DNA of 64,000 nt, from NCBI GenBank assembly GCA_012295275.1, contig CM022676.1:5642001-5706000 (forward strand), read 5' to 3'. Below are positions 40,991 through 57,860 of the stretch, piece by piece (the stretch's first letter is position 1; the number at the start of each line of letters is the position of its first letter). The position numbers and the translations under genes are program-made. The notes under the pieces were generated by a model, which saw nothing but the letters and a program-made list of their open reading frames with translations, was not told where the DNA came from and ran no database searches. Source of the stretch: Chrysomallon squamiferum. Its lineage: Eukaryota > Animalia > Mollusca.

Positions 40991-43174
40991 CTAACAGTTT
41001 ACAAATATAAGATAGGAGGTACTTCTAGAAAGGAATGGTTTTAGTTCGTCCATCATTTCACGAGTAAGCTGTTTTGTTAGGTCACGATGCACTATGACTA
41101 CAATTTTCCTTTCAATTCCCATAATGGCAAGAGCATTATCTGTTCCCATTGCAAAATCGATGATGCCCAACACATGATCCTTTTCGAATGTGGCAAAACT
41201 GATTTCTTCTTCATCACTGTCTGTTTTCCCTGAACTTTCGGGTTCTACTGTATCTCTTTCTTTTTCACTGAAGGTTCTGGTACTGGATACTTGACAGGAA
41301 AACCTAACTCTTGCTTTGAAAGAGGCTCTTGTGTGACCACTAGCACATCTGACCATGAAAGAGGTTCAGGAGAGACAGTCGTGACTGGTGGTGATGTTGT
41401 TTCTCGCATATTTTGTGAACCCGCTGAGATAGGTGACTGCTGCCTGCTAGCTTCACTGACGTTGTCAACGCTGTGTTTTTCAGCGACTTGATCACGTTCA
41501 CTGGCACCTTCTGAACTGCTGGGCTTCTGTGGATGTTGTTCTGAAAGCGTCGACGATGATGTCGTGGCAGAAGATTGAGGTTGAGAGATATCGTGTCCAT
41601 TGACTTTCAGTCCGAGAGAAGAAAATATATCACTGATTTCAGATTGACATTTATCGCACTGGTAAAACGGTTTATCACTTCTATGCTTTTTATGGTCAAC
41701 GAAGGGAAACTTTGATGTGTCACCATTCTTCATCACGTCCTGGATGTTTAGTGGACAACGGAGTTGTTTGCAAAACTGTATCTTCTCAAAACCATTAAAG
41801 TAGTCTTCATCTGAGTCAAACGTTTCATAGTTGCTTTTAACTATCCACACTGTGCTGTCCTTAGATTTTATTTTATCCATAATTTTCATCTGACGTCGTT
41901 GTTGAGAAATCCTAAACTCGTCGTAAAACAAATGAGCCGATTCCTCGTTGATGTATTTAATTATCGACTTGAGTGATTTTCCTTGAAAACTTTCACCAGA
42001 TCTGTTTTGTTTTCCAGTCCTTCAGTTACAGCATGGTACAAGTAATGAACTATGCTGGTTCCCGGGCTGCTGGCCAGACATATTTTCTTGCCCTGTTTAA
42101 GCATCTGTCTTGCTTTTAGCATAAGAAGAATAGTTTTGCCCGTCCCGTAATCGCCTTCAATCACGATCCGTTTTTTGTCACTATTCAAAGTGTCTGCCTG
42201 TTTTTTCGTCAGTATTATTCTCATCATTCTGTAACCTTGTTCAGAAACGCTCTCTCCCAGAGATCGCACCTCAACTTTACCTCCTCGCTTCTCTTTTTCT
42301 CTTTTACTCGTTGGAATTTCAACCACAGACATGAGGCCACAGTATCTCTTCACCACCTCAATGTATTCATCAGGATTTTTAAATCCCTTCTTCTTCTTAA
42401 TATTTTTTTCACACCACTTTGTCAAACTGTTTAATTTTTGCTTTCGGATCTCTGCCGTGTCTTCTGTTAAGGGTATTTCGTCCGAGCAAATGCAGCTGTT
42501 TAACATATTATTTTCTTTCAAAGCACCTTTACTCGCTTCCAGCTTCATCAGGTAATCCCTGGAGATATTGGGTAAGACAACAATTTTGCTGATATCAACA
42601 TTTAACTTTAGATCATTCATAACCTCATTGAAAAGCCCCTCATCCTCTTTCAGTTGCTTGGTGACCTTTTTTACATAGTTCTTCACATTTGCATGATGTG
42701 TATCCTTGCTTTTTTCGGACCGGTTCCTTTGTATTCTCCGATGCTTTTAACCTGGAAAAAAAACACTCCATGTTTGAGATGCAGTAACAAGACATCATGC
42801 TCTCCTTCTTGTTTCTTGGAGAACGTACTCTTCTCCTTGGAGAGTAAATTCTCGCGCTTATAGCAGGTTATTATCATCATTGGTTCTTCGTTATCTTTTG
42901 TACGGAAATTCTTCATAGATTCCAAAGCACGAATGAAGCGTCTCTCTGCCTCTTCGGCGCGGACTGTTGGTTCGTCACTCTGGGCCAGTAATTCGTAATC
43001 CGCGTCTTTTTTTTTCTTCAGATTCTCTGAAGGGAAGTAAAAGGCTGGGATTCTGTAAGTCTTTGTCAGAATATCTGGGAAGTAGCTATTAATATATTCA
43101 TTGGCTTGCTGTTCGAAACTCGCGTTTTCACTTTCGGGTGTCCTCACGGTTAATGTTGTAATTTTTTCTTCCAT
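40991..43174 (-). pseudogene. G6: paralogue with three -1 frameshifts (~42710, ~41987, ~41263)
   Basis: ORFs 42683-43174, 41961-42686, 41245-41931 and 40991-41356 tile the full protein. Each break is a missing base in or next to an A or T run. Confidence 0.75.
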
Positions 43175-43979
43175 ATTTTGGATAATTTTATTTTTCTACG
43201 TTGTCATCGGTTGAAACTCAACGTCACTGCATCCTCTGTTGAATTTTGGATCTTTCATTATTATTATTATTATTAGTTATTTTTACCTAGTTGTGGGTCG
43301 AAATTGTATCCTATATTCTGAATTATGAATTTCACAAAGTTGTTAAAACTCGTTCTAAATTTCACTGCTTTTCTTTTAATCCGTTGAGTTATTTTATTTC
43401 TGATATACTGAAAAGAAAAAGAAGATTTTATACAGTAATATAATAAATATTTATTACAATGTTGTAGCAAAAATAAAAAAAAATATAAAAATATACTAAT
43501 AATAACAGCAACAAGAACAATAATAACAATAATAATAATAATGCTGTTAGTATTACTATCTATTTGTGCTATTGTCTGCATGTTTGTATAGCTACATATC
43601 ACTCACACATATATACATACACACACAAATACAAATATATCTGCATATATATATATATATGGACACACATACAAATATACATACATTTACACTCAGTAAT
43701 TACATACTTATATATATACATACATCTATATGTATATTTATATGGATACATACAAACCTACATCTATCTATATATAAACACTCATATGGACAAACAATAT
43801 ATATTTAAACAAAATATGTTCAGGCAAGTCACACACACACAGGCACACACACTCTCTCTCATACACACACTCTCTCTGAGACACACACACTATCTCTCTC
43901 ACACACACAGACACTCACACACACACAGACACAGACACACACACACGTTTATATCAACACAAACCTAAAGACACTACAT

Positions 43980-44480
43980 TCATATTTACGTACAAAAACA
44001 GGTTGAGACAAATTACAGACTGTATTTTCTACTATCTCTGTTTCTGGGTCACCTCTTTCTCTCCGTCCACCTAACATTAACGGACTTGTTCTTAAACTAA
44101 TAGTATTCTTAAATGTTCTCTGTCAGGTAAAACAAACAAACAAGAAAACAAAAACAAAGAAATAGTTACCTTAACTATAGTTACGTATATCATCGGTCTC
44201 CTGTTATCAGTGACAAATACAACGAATAATCAGTGACTACCTTTGACATACCTTTTTGCTTATTGTCTGTATAAATAGAAGTTTACACCCGGATGAATTG
44301 TGTTGTGTCATTGTTTGTTTGGTTGCTACTAGTTTTTATCTGTATGTTCGTCGGTCACATATCTATGCGGTATATTAACGGACTTGTTTATGGATTAATA
44401 TTATTATTAAATGTTCTTTGAAAAACTGATTTACTTTAATTATAGTTACCTCTAATTCTTATTTATTCTGAAAACAGAAA
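43980..44480 (-). repeat. Module U before G6
   Basis: Reverse complement of the hallmark, more diverged. Confidence 0.8.
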
Positions 44481-44751
44481 CTAGGACACTACTACTACTA
44501 CTACTACTGCTACGACTACTACTACCACAACAACAAGAACAACTGCTACTGTTACTACTGCTAGTATACCTTTGTTACTATTATGTGATTATTATTATTG
44601 TTACTGTTATTGTTATTATTATTTTTATTTATTTTTCTATTATTGTACGTGTGTATATGTGTATGGTTGTGTGTGCGGGTTCCAAACTTATGATAAAACA
44701 ACAACAATAATAGATAAAGATGGATAACTGCAACATGTTTTGAATACACAC

Positions 44752-45875
<1,124 letters not shown>

Positions 45876-46280
45876 TACAACATCCACATCTTTGGCGCCT
45901 GTTACTGAACGATAATAAAGTCAGCAATAACAATACATTAAACAAAAAAAAACAAAAAAAAAGATTTACGAATTTTGAACAACCCAATAACTACCGGAAC
46001 GACGGAGGAGAACTATGGCTGCAGAGAAATATGAAATTGGTTTGGATTGTTCAGTGGTAGATGTTGATGAGATCCAGTCGTACTGATAACCTCTAGAGTC
46101 TCTTTAGTGACAACCCCGTGGCCGCTGTGGTGATCTCAACGCATTGAATTACAACAGAATCTTTCTTTACGTCGTCTCATTGTTTTCTCTGGACCACCAC
46201 GACGTCTGTGTAAGCGTCTGCTTCTACGTCATCTCAAGGTTTCGTTTTAGACGTCTGTTGTGATAGAATTTCAGCTGCTT

Positions 46281-46523
46281 ATGGGGGCGGATCCAGCTTT
46301 TCTGATTTGGTGTGGGGTGGGGAGGCGGTCATGACAGAAGATAGCACCATAACTTTATGAAAAGGCACTACTGAAAAAGTTTACACACACCGTTTACGTG
46401 GACAATAATATAATAGTTGCTACAGTGTTCTCTATGCATTGACAGAAATTTAAGAAAAAAGAAAAAAAGAAAATAGATTAGTGAAAATAAAAAATAAAAA
46501 ACCCCGAACAAATCCTAAATAAA
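46281..46523 (-). mobile_element. Truncated MITE-like element, opposite orientation
   Basis: Begins ATGGGGGCGGATCCAG and shares ~130 bp (inverted) with 22437-22572. Confidence 0.4.
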
Positions 46524-47871
46524 TGCGCATTGAACGACGTCAGTTTTAGTGAGACTGCTGCAGTACAGAATTGATCCTGTCACAGTACGTAAATACTATG
46601 CACAAGTACAAGTGTACTGAATAATTCTGAACAAAAATACTGCTCTTTTTCTTTCTTTCTTTCTTTTTTTTTTTTTTTTTTCATCATTCCATATACTGCA
46701 CATGATATTGTAAGAATTGTAAAACTACTAAAACGTGTATTAATTTCTTTCTGTTATCTTTTTAAAAAAAAAAAAAATTACGTTGTATACTTTTCTTTAT
46801 GTATCTACGTGGTATTCTGTATTAAGATATTTAAGCTGGTTAATAAAGATCAAACCGAACCTGCTTTAGAAGTGCATTAATACGGTTTCATTTATTTATT
46901 TATTTCATTTGTTTATTTTATATTTAAAGCAAAGACTTAGGCTGTATCAAGAAATGCGACAAATCGAGAAATCCCGATCAACTCCGGTTCTAAACTCTCT
47001 AATAAATGATTCGGTGCCTGTAGTAAAATAGTCTGATAGACTCTACTAACCGATAAATCGCTAAATCTCTAAGACTAATTTTTGTTTTTAGCGTCAGCGT
47101 GACCTACAGGTATTACCAATCGATAAATGTCTGAACGGTAAATGAAATATGCGCCTGATGATGAACGAAAATGGTATGTAATGACGTTCGAAGAATGGGA
47201 TGACGTAGCTGTAACAACTTGATGACGTAAATACAAATTAGATAAGCTGGTTTGAGTTAGTAACCATGTGAACAATTCAAAAACCTTTTTAAGGCTTTTA
47301 GTCGATTTTCGTTTTTTGTTCTTTATCAAAGTCATATGTTTTTTTGTTTTTCTTTCTGGCGAGAGTACTTCGCAAACAGTAATAGATTAAAACATAAATC
47401 ACGTGACCTTTAGAAGTGTAAGTTGTGGGGTTTTTTCCTTTTTTTAGGGAAATCATTTCTGTGATTTTATTATTTGTTATGACGTATTGTTTTTGTTCTT
47501 GCATTATAATTATTGTTGTTTGTTGTACTTGTTCGTTTTGTTGTGGATGATTTTTTTCTTGTTATTATTGTTGGTGCTATTGATGTTATTTTTTTATTAT
47601 AACAACATTATTATTATCTTCATAATTATCATCACCATTATTATCATCATTATCATCATCGTTATTAGTATTACTACTACAACTACTAGTATTATTATTT
47701 TTATTATTAGTATTATTATTACTACTGCTGTTACAACTAACATTTTTACTACTACTACTACTAAGATTATTGTTATTATTATTATTACTACAAGTACTAG
47801 TATACTATTTTTTATTACTACAACTACTACTACTACAATGATAATAATATTATTACTACTATTACTATTAC

Positions 47872-47904
<33 letters not shown>

Positions 47905-47905
47905 G

Positions 47906-47941
<36 letters not shown>

Positions 47942-48246
47942 TTCTCTTTACAAGCGCTAACGGCTTTTCATTAACGGTAAATTTACTGCTACACAACGAA
48001 GTGGAAAATTTGCAGTTTTCACGTGCAGTTAGTGCGTCACATTTCTGGTTAATTTGACGATGTTCATTCGAACATTTTCTACACGCACTTGCACTCTTTT
48101 CTGTAATTCAGCCGTACACACTTTCAATCTAACGACTATTTGATTTCTTAATTCTTTTTTAATTTATTTCATTTTACGTTACTTTTTGCCATAACATTTT
48201 TCAAACAAAATAAAATTAATGTTGATTAAAGTCATATTTTTCTTCA

Positions 48247-48329
<83 letters not shown>

Positions 48330-48501
48330 CACGCCTCTCTTTATGTTCCTTTAAGATGTACATGAAGATACATAATAGTTAATTAAATAAATAAATTTAC
48401 ATTAAGTCAGTGAATATCACAGTTTCTTTCTCTTTCGTGTATCTTGTTTTCTCTTCCATTTACCTTTTTCTCTATCTACCTATAATGTGCCTATATTTAA
48501 C

Positions 48502-48627
<126 letters not shown>

Positions 48628-49174
48628 CAGCTCAATCGTTTATCTCTCCCTTTTCAAAACAGCTGAACAGTAAATGAAATTAACGACACTTCCTAGTAAA
48701 TTATTGATTGTGAAAAGCCTGTCTCCGATTAGTTAACGTTTCAGAGTAAACACTGATCGCTTAGATGTGTGCCACTGAAAATAAGATTACAGATTTTTTT
48801 TTGTGTTGTTGTTGTTTTCGTCGTTAATTTTACTTCTCATAACTCCATAAGGAATGGCCTTTTTATTGTTAAAATTTTAGTAGTGTAATTTAGTGTGTGT
48901 GTGCCTGTGTGTTGTGCTTGCATGCATATAGATGTGTGTATATATATATATATATCTGTGTGTCTGTGTGTGTGTGTGTCTGGACATTCACAATACACAC
49001 TCGCGTGCTGAACCACATTCATACATATATGTACGTATGTATGTATTTATGTGTGTGTGTGTTGTGTGTCTATAACAGTGTATAATATATAAGTATCAGT
49101 TGCCTTATCATCACAGGTTAAAATGAGAGTATTTAATATATATATACATATACGTGTGTGTATATGTATATGTG

Positions 49175-49215
<41 letters not shown>

Positions 49216-49279
49216 GTGTTTGTGGATGTGGATGTTCGTATGTGTATATATTTTCATTACAGAAAATATATTATTAGTT

Positions 49280-49368
<89 letters not shown>

Positions 49369-49439
49369 AGTCAGACACAAAACGAAAAAAAAGAAAGAAA
49401 GAAAGAAAAAGAAAAGAAATAAAAAAAAAAATGACTAAA

Positions 49440-49799
49440 GGGAAGTAATTCCCATGGCGAGGATCGATCTGACTAACTCTGACACCTCGGGCAGTGTATC
49501 TGCTTTTTTTAAAGAGCAGAAATGCGATAATTATCCGAGGACACTTCGTCTTCCTGTATCTACAGACTGGCGAGTGTGCCATTCAGCAGCTCACAGAGAG
49601 CGCGCCGTCTAATACCGCACTCGTTCCTCGCAACACACAACAGACCGCCATTGATTTTCGTTCGCGTTCTTTATTTCTCGCCGCAAGTTTCAGAGACACT
49701 GCGGCCCGCCTTCTCGGCTATCGCTTTCGGATTAATTTGGACTCCGCTGAGAGAAAAACCTGTAGCTCGCGCGTGCAGTGGGTTTGATATTTGGTGAGT
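49440..49799 (+). promoter_or_regulatory. CpG-rich patch ending in splice donor TG|GTGAGT: candidate promoter or first exon of an unrelated gene
   Basis: Locally high GC and CpG content against the AT-rich background. GTGAGT at 49794-49799. Confidence 0.35.
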
Positions 49800-50743
49800 G
49801 AACAATTTATTACATTTGTGGATGATTTCGAGCGGAGAGAGAAAAGAAAAGAAAAAAAAAAGAAAAAAGAGCGTTATAAAAAAAAAAATTTTAAAAAAAA
49901 CGAGGGAAGAGAAATCTTTATTTTTCGTGAAGTGCTAGTTTTGACGCATGTGTTAATTACGAAAGTTTGATACTGGAGTACGGAACGTGTTTTGACAGTG
50001 GTATGTTATGTTTCGTTTTCTTTTCTTTTTTTCTGTTTTTCTTTCTTTCTTTGACATGTTGAAATAATTATTGAGCTGTCAAAGCAGAAGTCATTTGCTA
50101 ATTTGATTTGGTCTTGTTGCGTTGTAGCGAATATAAAATTATCCTTTTGACCGTTTTTACTCTCTTTTTTTTTTTTTTTTTCAGAATTATATTTAACAAA
50201 TATCTGTTTAGTTAATGCTGTTATTATTAGTAGTAATAGTAATGACAGCAGTATAGTAATATTACTTATGATCTAACTGAAGAAGTAATAGTAATAATAA
50301 TAGAAGAAGTAGTATTAATAATAATAGTAGCAGTTGTAGTAGTAATAGTTGCTGTTGTAGTACTACCATTAAGAGTACTGGCGGTGACTGAATGTCAGTT
50401 GTAGTATTTGTAGTAGTAGTAGTTTTTTTTTTTAGTAGTAGTAGTAGTACTGTAATGTTGTTATATTATAAATAACAGTAGAGGTTATTGTATATCAATG
50501 ATACTGATAATATTAATAATAATAATAACAGTTGTAGTAGCTGTTGTTGTTGTGGTACCACTATTAACAGTTAGCATCGTGAAGATGATTGTGTATCTGC
50601 AGTTGTGGTAGTAATAACAGCATCAGTAGAAGTAGTTGTCGCTGAATCAATGGTACCAGTAGCAGTGATAATGGTAGTTTTATAGACAGAGTAGTAATAG
50701 TCTTTACAGAAATGATGATGTCGTAGTAGTGACAGTCTCACGC

Positions 50744-50826
<83 letters not shown>

Positions 50827-51373
50827 TTATTTTAATAATAATGGTTTTATATATATATATATATTTTTTTATATATAATAATGATATATCTGTTTTTCTT
50901 TCTTTTGTTCTTTATATCCCTGAGCTTTTCTCTCTGTCTCTATCACTCAGTCTATCTGTATACTTATCTACCTTTGTATCTATCTGTATGTATAAACTAG
51001 CATCAGATATATAAAATATAAACATTACTATATCGTACAAAAAAAACCCACACAAAAACAACAGTTTTTTGGGGGGCATATAATATAACTAGTGCACTAA
51101 AAACGTCATTACATGAACGCGTGTTAAATATAGCATACATAGTTATTGGTAAAGCTGTTTAATATACCTAATATATATTACAGACGTAACAATTATTATT
51201 GTTATTCACGTATGTATTATGAATATAAAATGTCTTACAGTCATTTTATCAAATACGGGCAATTTCACTAATGCAATATTTTACTGAAATGTTTTGTTTT
51301 GACTCGACGTAGGTAGTCGTTAATGTTTTTAAAAATGCTACATTATTTGTAAATTATTTATTCTTTGTATTGC

Positions 51374-51411
<38 letters not shown>

Positions 51412-51470
51412 AGAATGAAAGATAGAAACTTACATACATACCTACACACATCATACACATACCTATGCAT

Positions 51471-51505
<35 letters not shown>

Positions 51506-52221
51506 CATCTTTTATATACATACATTTTATATATATATTATATATATGACATATGACATATTTTATATACATACATATATATATACACACATACAAATAC
51601 ATAAATATTACATACAAACATATACACATACATAAATATTACATACAAACATATACACATACATACCTACACATTCACACACACGCACACACACTCACCA
51701 TTAATTCGGTACATAAACAGAAAATTATACATTATTCATTGATCCATCGTCTTTCCAAAATCAAATAAATGGACTTTTGTTTTTGCCTCTTGGACTTGCG
51801 TTGTATAAACAGTCCTAATTGTTTTGTGCTAGGCATCGCGATGGGATTTTGAAGGGATTCACGTGATATGATTTATAGGATCACGTGACTGGATAATGTG
51901 ATTTTTTTTTTCTTATCCGTTCATCTTCTTTCTTGCCAGTGGAAAAGTTCACGATACATTTCGATGAGGATTGAAACGGTGACGTTTCAAGCACGATATT
52001 CAAATGATGCAGAAACGTTTTCCTATTGCCATAGGATAGCATGGGTTAAGGCCGTTTTTTTTTTTTTTTTTTTTCGTTTTTTTCTATTTCTTTTCTTTTC
52101 TCTCTCTTTTTCTCTATTTCTATGTGCGTATTTCTCTCCCTCTTTCTTTCTTTTTTTCATTTCTCTCTATCCTTTCTCTCTCTCTGCCTCTCCTCTTTTT
52201 TTTTTTCTCTGTGCTCTTTTT

Positions 52222-52305
<84 letters not shown>

Positions 52306-52441
52306 GTTTCCATTATATTTTATTTTGTTTTTTATCTCCATCATTTCCATCTTAGATGTCTCTGTCTTTCTGTATCCATTATATTTCATTTTGTTTTCTG
52401 TTTCCATTATATTTTATTTTGTTTTTATATCTCCATCATTT

Positions 52442-52537
<96 letters not shown>

Positions 52538-52908
52538 CCCATCAGTGATTCATTATAGATTAAAAGATTATTATTTTTTTTTTAAATCCAGCTCCTGTCT
52601 CTTTCCCCTTTTATATTTCTTTTTCGAAAACCAGAGATCGCAGTTGCCATAGTTACCAATTTCGTTTTTTTTATTTATCTTTTGTTGCTCGTCTTTTGCG
52701 AGAACTGTGATGGAGGGGGGGGAGTCCGAAAAATCAAGCATGTTCAAGTCTGGATAATTGAATGTCTGGTATAAACAGGTGGTCGTATTAAAAGAAATAA
52801 TTTCAAGCATTTCTTTTATTTATTTTTTTATATATATGTATATATTTTTTAAAATATGTTTTTGAATTTGATTTTAATTTAATAATTTCACAGTGCTGTC
52901 ACATTTAT

Positions 52909-52969
<61 letters not shown>

Positions 52970-53773
52970 CAGTTCTAGCTCCAGTTCTCTCTCCACCAAT
53001 TACATGAAATTTATTTCTTTATGGTTTAATTTAGCCTTCTGTTAAGCACAATGTACACTAAATCGTGTCATTTTATGGTTTACTTTAGTCTTCTTCTGCA
53101 GACAATATAAACTAATTATCTATTTTTATCATCACATTATAAGACAGCTGACATTTTCTGGGTTTAATTTTTTTTTTTAATGATCTGCCTATCCACTAAA
53201 TAAAAAATTTGTTCTGTTCACTTTCACAGTAATTTTTATCACTGTCGTAGGTATGGGGGTGTGTATGTGTGTGTTTTCGTGCGTGCATGTCTACACGTAC
53301 GTACGGATGAGTGTATATGTGTGTTGTGTACGTATGCATGTGTCGTGTGTAGCTGTGTGCATGCATATTAGATTGTATATGTGTGTGTGAATATATATAC
53401 TTACCTATCTCTACACACAAATACACATTAACATTTACGAAAAAATATATATATGATTGGTTGTTCACTAGCTTTTATTAAAAAAAAGAAAAAAAAATGA
53501 ATTACGAATATAAACTGAAATCACAGTGATCGTTATTATTATTATTATTAATTTTTGTTTATAATCTTTCAATCCAATATTAGATACACTGACTTACTAT
53601 AAACGTTTCGGCTATTTGTCTCGCTGCCTGTCTATATGTGTTAGTCTATATGTATATTTATTTTTATCTATATCTACCTATCTACCTATCTATTTATTTC
53701 CCTTCTTTTTTCTTTCTTCAGTCTTTTACTTCTCATTCGTTTTAATAATAATACAAAATTATTCTCACATTAA

Positions 53774-53876
<103 letters not shown>

Positions 53877-54081
53877 TCTCTCTCTCTCTTTCTCCGCATT
53901 TTCCCCCTATCCTATACTATACAAAATTTCTGCGAAATAATAAAAAATAAGTTTAATAAAAGATTGAGTGCTTATTTTTTTTTTTTATAAAACTGTCCCA
54001 TAAGAAGCAGTCCATGTTATTAAAACTATGGGATATTTAATTTCCTGTTGACAAGTAGTTGAAAAGTTTTTCATGCGTGTG

Positions 54082-54116
<35 letters not shown>

Positions 54117-54589
54117 CAAGTTGTTAGTTTTATTACATCTCGTAAATTAGGCGCTACAAGAGTGAAAGGTTACTGACATGGGTGGGGGAAGGAGGAGGGA
54201 GGAGAGAAAGGGAGGGGAGAGAGATCTGTGCGAATTTGTTTTACGTCATTCTTCTTTTTTTCTATCTTTTTCGTTTTAAAGATTTTGGGAATGTTTTCAA
54301 TCATTTTAATTGTGTCCGTGTGTGTGTGTGTGTGTGTGTGTGTGGAAATTTGTTAATTTATGTGTGTATGTATGTATGTATGTACATGTATATTATGTTT
54401 GCTTATGTCTGTATCAGTCTATATCTGTATCTCTGTTTAATATATATCTGTGTATGTGTGCATATATGCATGTTTGTGTCTGTAAGCATGCGGGTATGTA
54501 TGCATGCATGCATGAATATATGTGTGCATATATATTTTTATATAACTATGTATGCGTACATGAGTGCATATATTTGTATATCTTACTCT

Positions 54590-54965
54590 ATTCTTGTATC
54601 TACACTGAAATGTTTTTCTACGACTATGCATTTATTTATTATTTATTTGAAGCTTTGCGCTAGTGGAATGTTGACGTTTTCTCCATGACAACACATCTAT
54701 TTATACTGAAATTTTGCTCTACGCCACTGAATCTATTTTGATGGGGTTTTTTTGCACTATGACAATGTATTTATTTTTGCTGACGTTTTGCTTTACGTCA
54801 GTGTTATCTATTTATATCTTAACGTCTGCTGCACGATAATGTATGGATTTATGCTGAAACATTTTTAACGTCTTTATTTATATTGAAATTTTGCTCTACG
54901 ACAAAATATTTATATTGAAATTTTGCTCTACGACAAAATATTTATTTGCAATCTCGCTCTGTGAC
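54590..54965 (+). repeat. Degenerate ~30-40 bp minisatellite
   Basis: Recurrent TATTTATA(C/T)TGAAATTTTGCTCTACG. Confidence 0.7.
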
Positions 54966-55425
54966 GCGGCATCTATGCTGTAGTTCGACCGCAGCTCAAA
55001 GACTAAATGAATTTACCATCTGCATAATCAAATTGCGTCTTATTCTTTCCCTCGCTTCCATCTGGCCAATCAGATCAAAGCTTGTATCAATTCATGGGAC
55101 GCTGTCCTAATATTTACTTATCTGAAATGATTCGATATTTTCCTCTTTGAAATCGCATTGCCGCTGATGAGTGTGATGTGAAAATTTAATATCGATGTTT
55201 ATAAAAACTTGATGGGCATTCTCTGGTCAATATTTTCTCGATGACCGCTCTGTCAGTACATCTGACAAGCCAGGAGAAATTATTCTTCAGTTTGACCGGC
55301 GTTTTTGTGTTTGCCCAGTCCGAAGTGAAAGACAAATGTACATCTCCCTAACTAAGTTAGTTGTGTGTATTATGAGTTTAGGTTTGTGAAGTGGGGTTAG
55401 CGTCTATTTTAGTTTGTTGTGAATG

Positions 55426-55460
<35 letters not shown>

Positions 55461-55932
55461 GTACCTCAGCTAACACTTAAAGAAAATTCGACTTTCACTA
55501 CTGTCTCCTTTTTAATTACTTAGGATGCCGCTATAATTAGTTATGTTCAGTTTTGATATATTAAAAACTGATATATTTTCTTTACTCATAAAAAAATATA
55601 TAGTCTAGAGTGTTTATATATTAAATATATGTTGTTGTTCTGTAAAATGGTGACAGGAGAGCCACTGACAGCACAAATATCGATTACTCTCATCAGTTAG
55701 CATTTATTGATCTTTTATATGTATACCTTCTCATAAACAGCAAAACACAAACACTAAAATCTGCAGCTATAATAGTGGCTACAGTGAGAATTACAAAAAA
55801 ACGTCCTTTCTCTCTCTTTCTTTCTCTCATTCTTTCTCATTCTCAGTTTCGTTTTTCTTACTCATTCTTTCTATCAGTTTTCTTTCATTCTGTTTTCCTT
55901 TTTTTCTATAAATCTCTTGTTTCTGTTTTCAT

Positions 55933-55987
<55 letters not shown>

Positions 55988-56599
55988 TAAATATCCTCTT
56001 CCAGTCTCTCATCCTTTAGTCAAGACATTTATAAACATGACCCCCATTACACCAAATTAAACTGTTCCTAAATAGAAGCAGTGGATTATATTGATTCTGG
56101 GAGTTGCGCCTGTGAAATCCGCAAACAATCTCTTCAGCACTGGAAATCTCCTCAGACCTCTTACAACATTCCGTCAGACATTTGCTGCATTTAGTGGCTT
56201 AGTGGTTCGAGCTCTTGTGTGAGGCACGATAGGCCAGGAGATCAACTCTTTACAGTGGAAATTTTGGAGTGTGTTTTCGTTGTACTAAGGTGGATGTTTT
56301 TTTTTCATTTGCAATTCAGTAACGTAACAATAGGTTAACAAACCGGTGCATTAAAATGCTGCAGCATGTTAAACACGTTAGAGGCATTATAACACATTAA
56401 AATGTAATTATAACAACAGATTTTATACTAGTGTATCAACACTTTAAAAAAAAATCAACACATCGTCACATTAAGAACTCCAACACGTTAAATACGCGAA
56501 CACAATAAACACATTCAAAACAACACATTAATACATATTAAAAAAAAAAACACAACAAAAATTCGAACACTTTAAAAATACCAGCATAATAAAGACATT

Positions 56600-56912
56600 A
56601 AGACATTAAACACATCAACACATTAAACACCCCACCACATTGCATATGTCAACACAATAAACACAAACACATTGCAGACACCGACACATTAAACACACCA
56701 ACACACAACACTTGTCAACACATTAAACACATCAACACATTGCAGACACCGACACGTTAACCACACCAACACACACTTGTCAACACATTAAACACACCAA
56801 CGCATTAAACACACGTCAACACATTACACACGTCAACACATTAAACACATCACCACCCTACACACATCAACACATTACACACGTCAACACATTAAACACA
56901 CCACCACCACAT
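56600..56912 (+). repeat. Degenerate ~17-19 bp minisatellite
   Basis: Recurrent CAACACATTAAACAC(A/G)TC. Confidence 0.8.
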
Positions 56913-57271
56913 GGCCTAACTAACACACGCCGCGAGAACTGCTGCTGCTGTATCTTAAACAGTTATTGAACAGACTGAGTTTATAATGGACTCTGTAATC
57001 ACATGAGTTTGGCTTCGCTGGTAATGATTCCGGGTCGATACGGTAAGTACGGTGTCAGATTAGGTGATACAGATCTACAGATGCCGTCGTTATAAGCAAG
57101 CCATGTGGCCGTTATGACGTTCACGTCGTCTTGTAACGTAGGAATGAATATAGCAACGTTTTTGTTGTGTTTTTTTTAACGTTTTCCTTGATACATTTTT
57201 GTAATCACCGTTTTTTGTTGTAGTTGTTTGTTTGTTTTCGACAGCCTGTAAGCTAATGTGTTTTGTTTTTT

Positions 57272-57313
<42 letters not shown>

Positions 57314-57531
57314 TAAATTTAAATTTAAATTTGTTGGTACTGTGACGTCGTTAAACATATATTCATTTATGATCCCTTTTTTTTTTTTTTTTTTTTATTA
57401 TTGTTTCAACGTCTGAGATTGATTTTTTGCCCAGATATTTTTGAAAATTTATTTGCGTAAATTTTAGTGAGCTCTTATTGCTTTTTTTAATGTAGAAAAT
57501 GTATAGATGTAATTATTAAATACATTTTTTT

Positions 57532-57606
<75 letters not shown>

Positions 57607-57766
57607 CTATATGCCTCTTTGGCTTCTGTCACTCTCTCTGTATCCATGTATCTTTCTCTTTCTCTCTTTGTCTCTCTGTCTCTCTCTGACTCTCTCTCTT
57701 TGTTTCTCTTTGTCTCTCTATTTGGATTATACGTTTTATTATTATTATTACTATTATTTTATGTGA

Positions 57767-57860
<94 letters not shown>

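Noticed and set aside
56190-56250. GGTTCGAG B-box-like motif as a tRNA gene
   Set aside because: No cloverleaf or correct A/B-box spacing. At most a degenerate SINE head.
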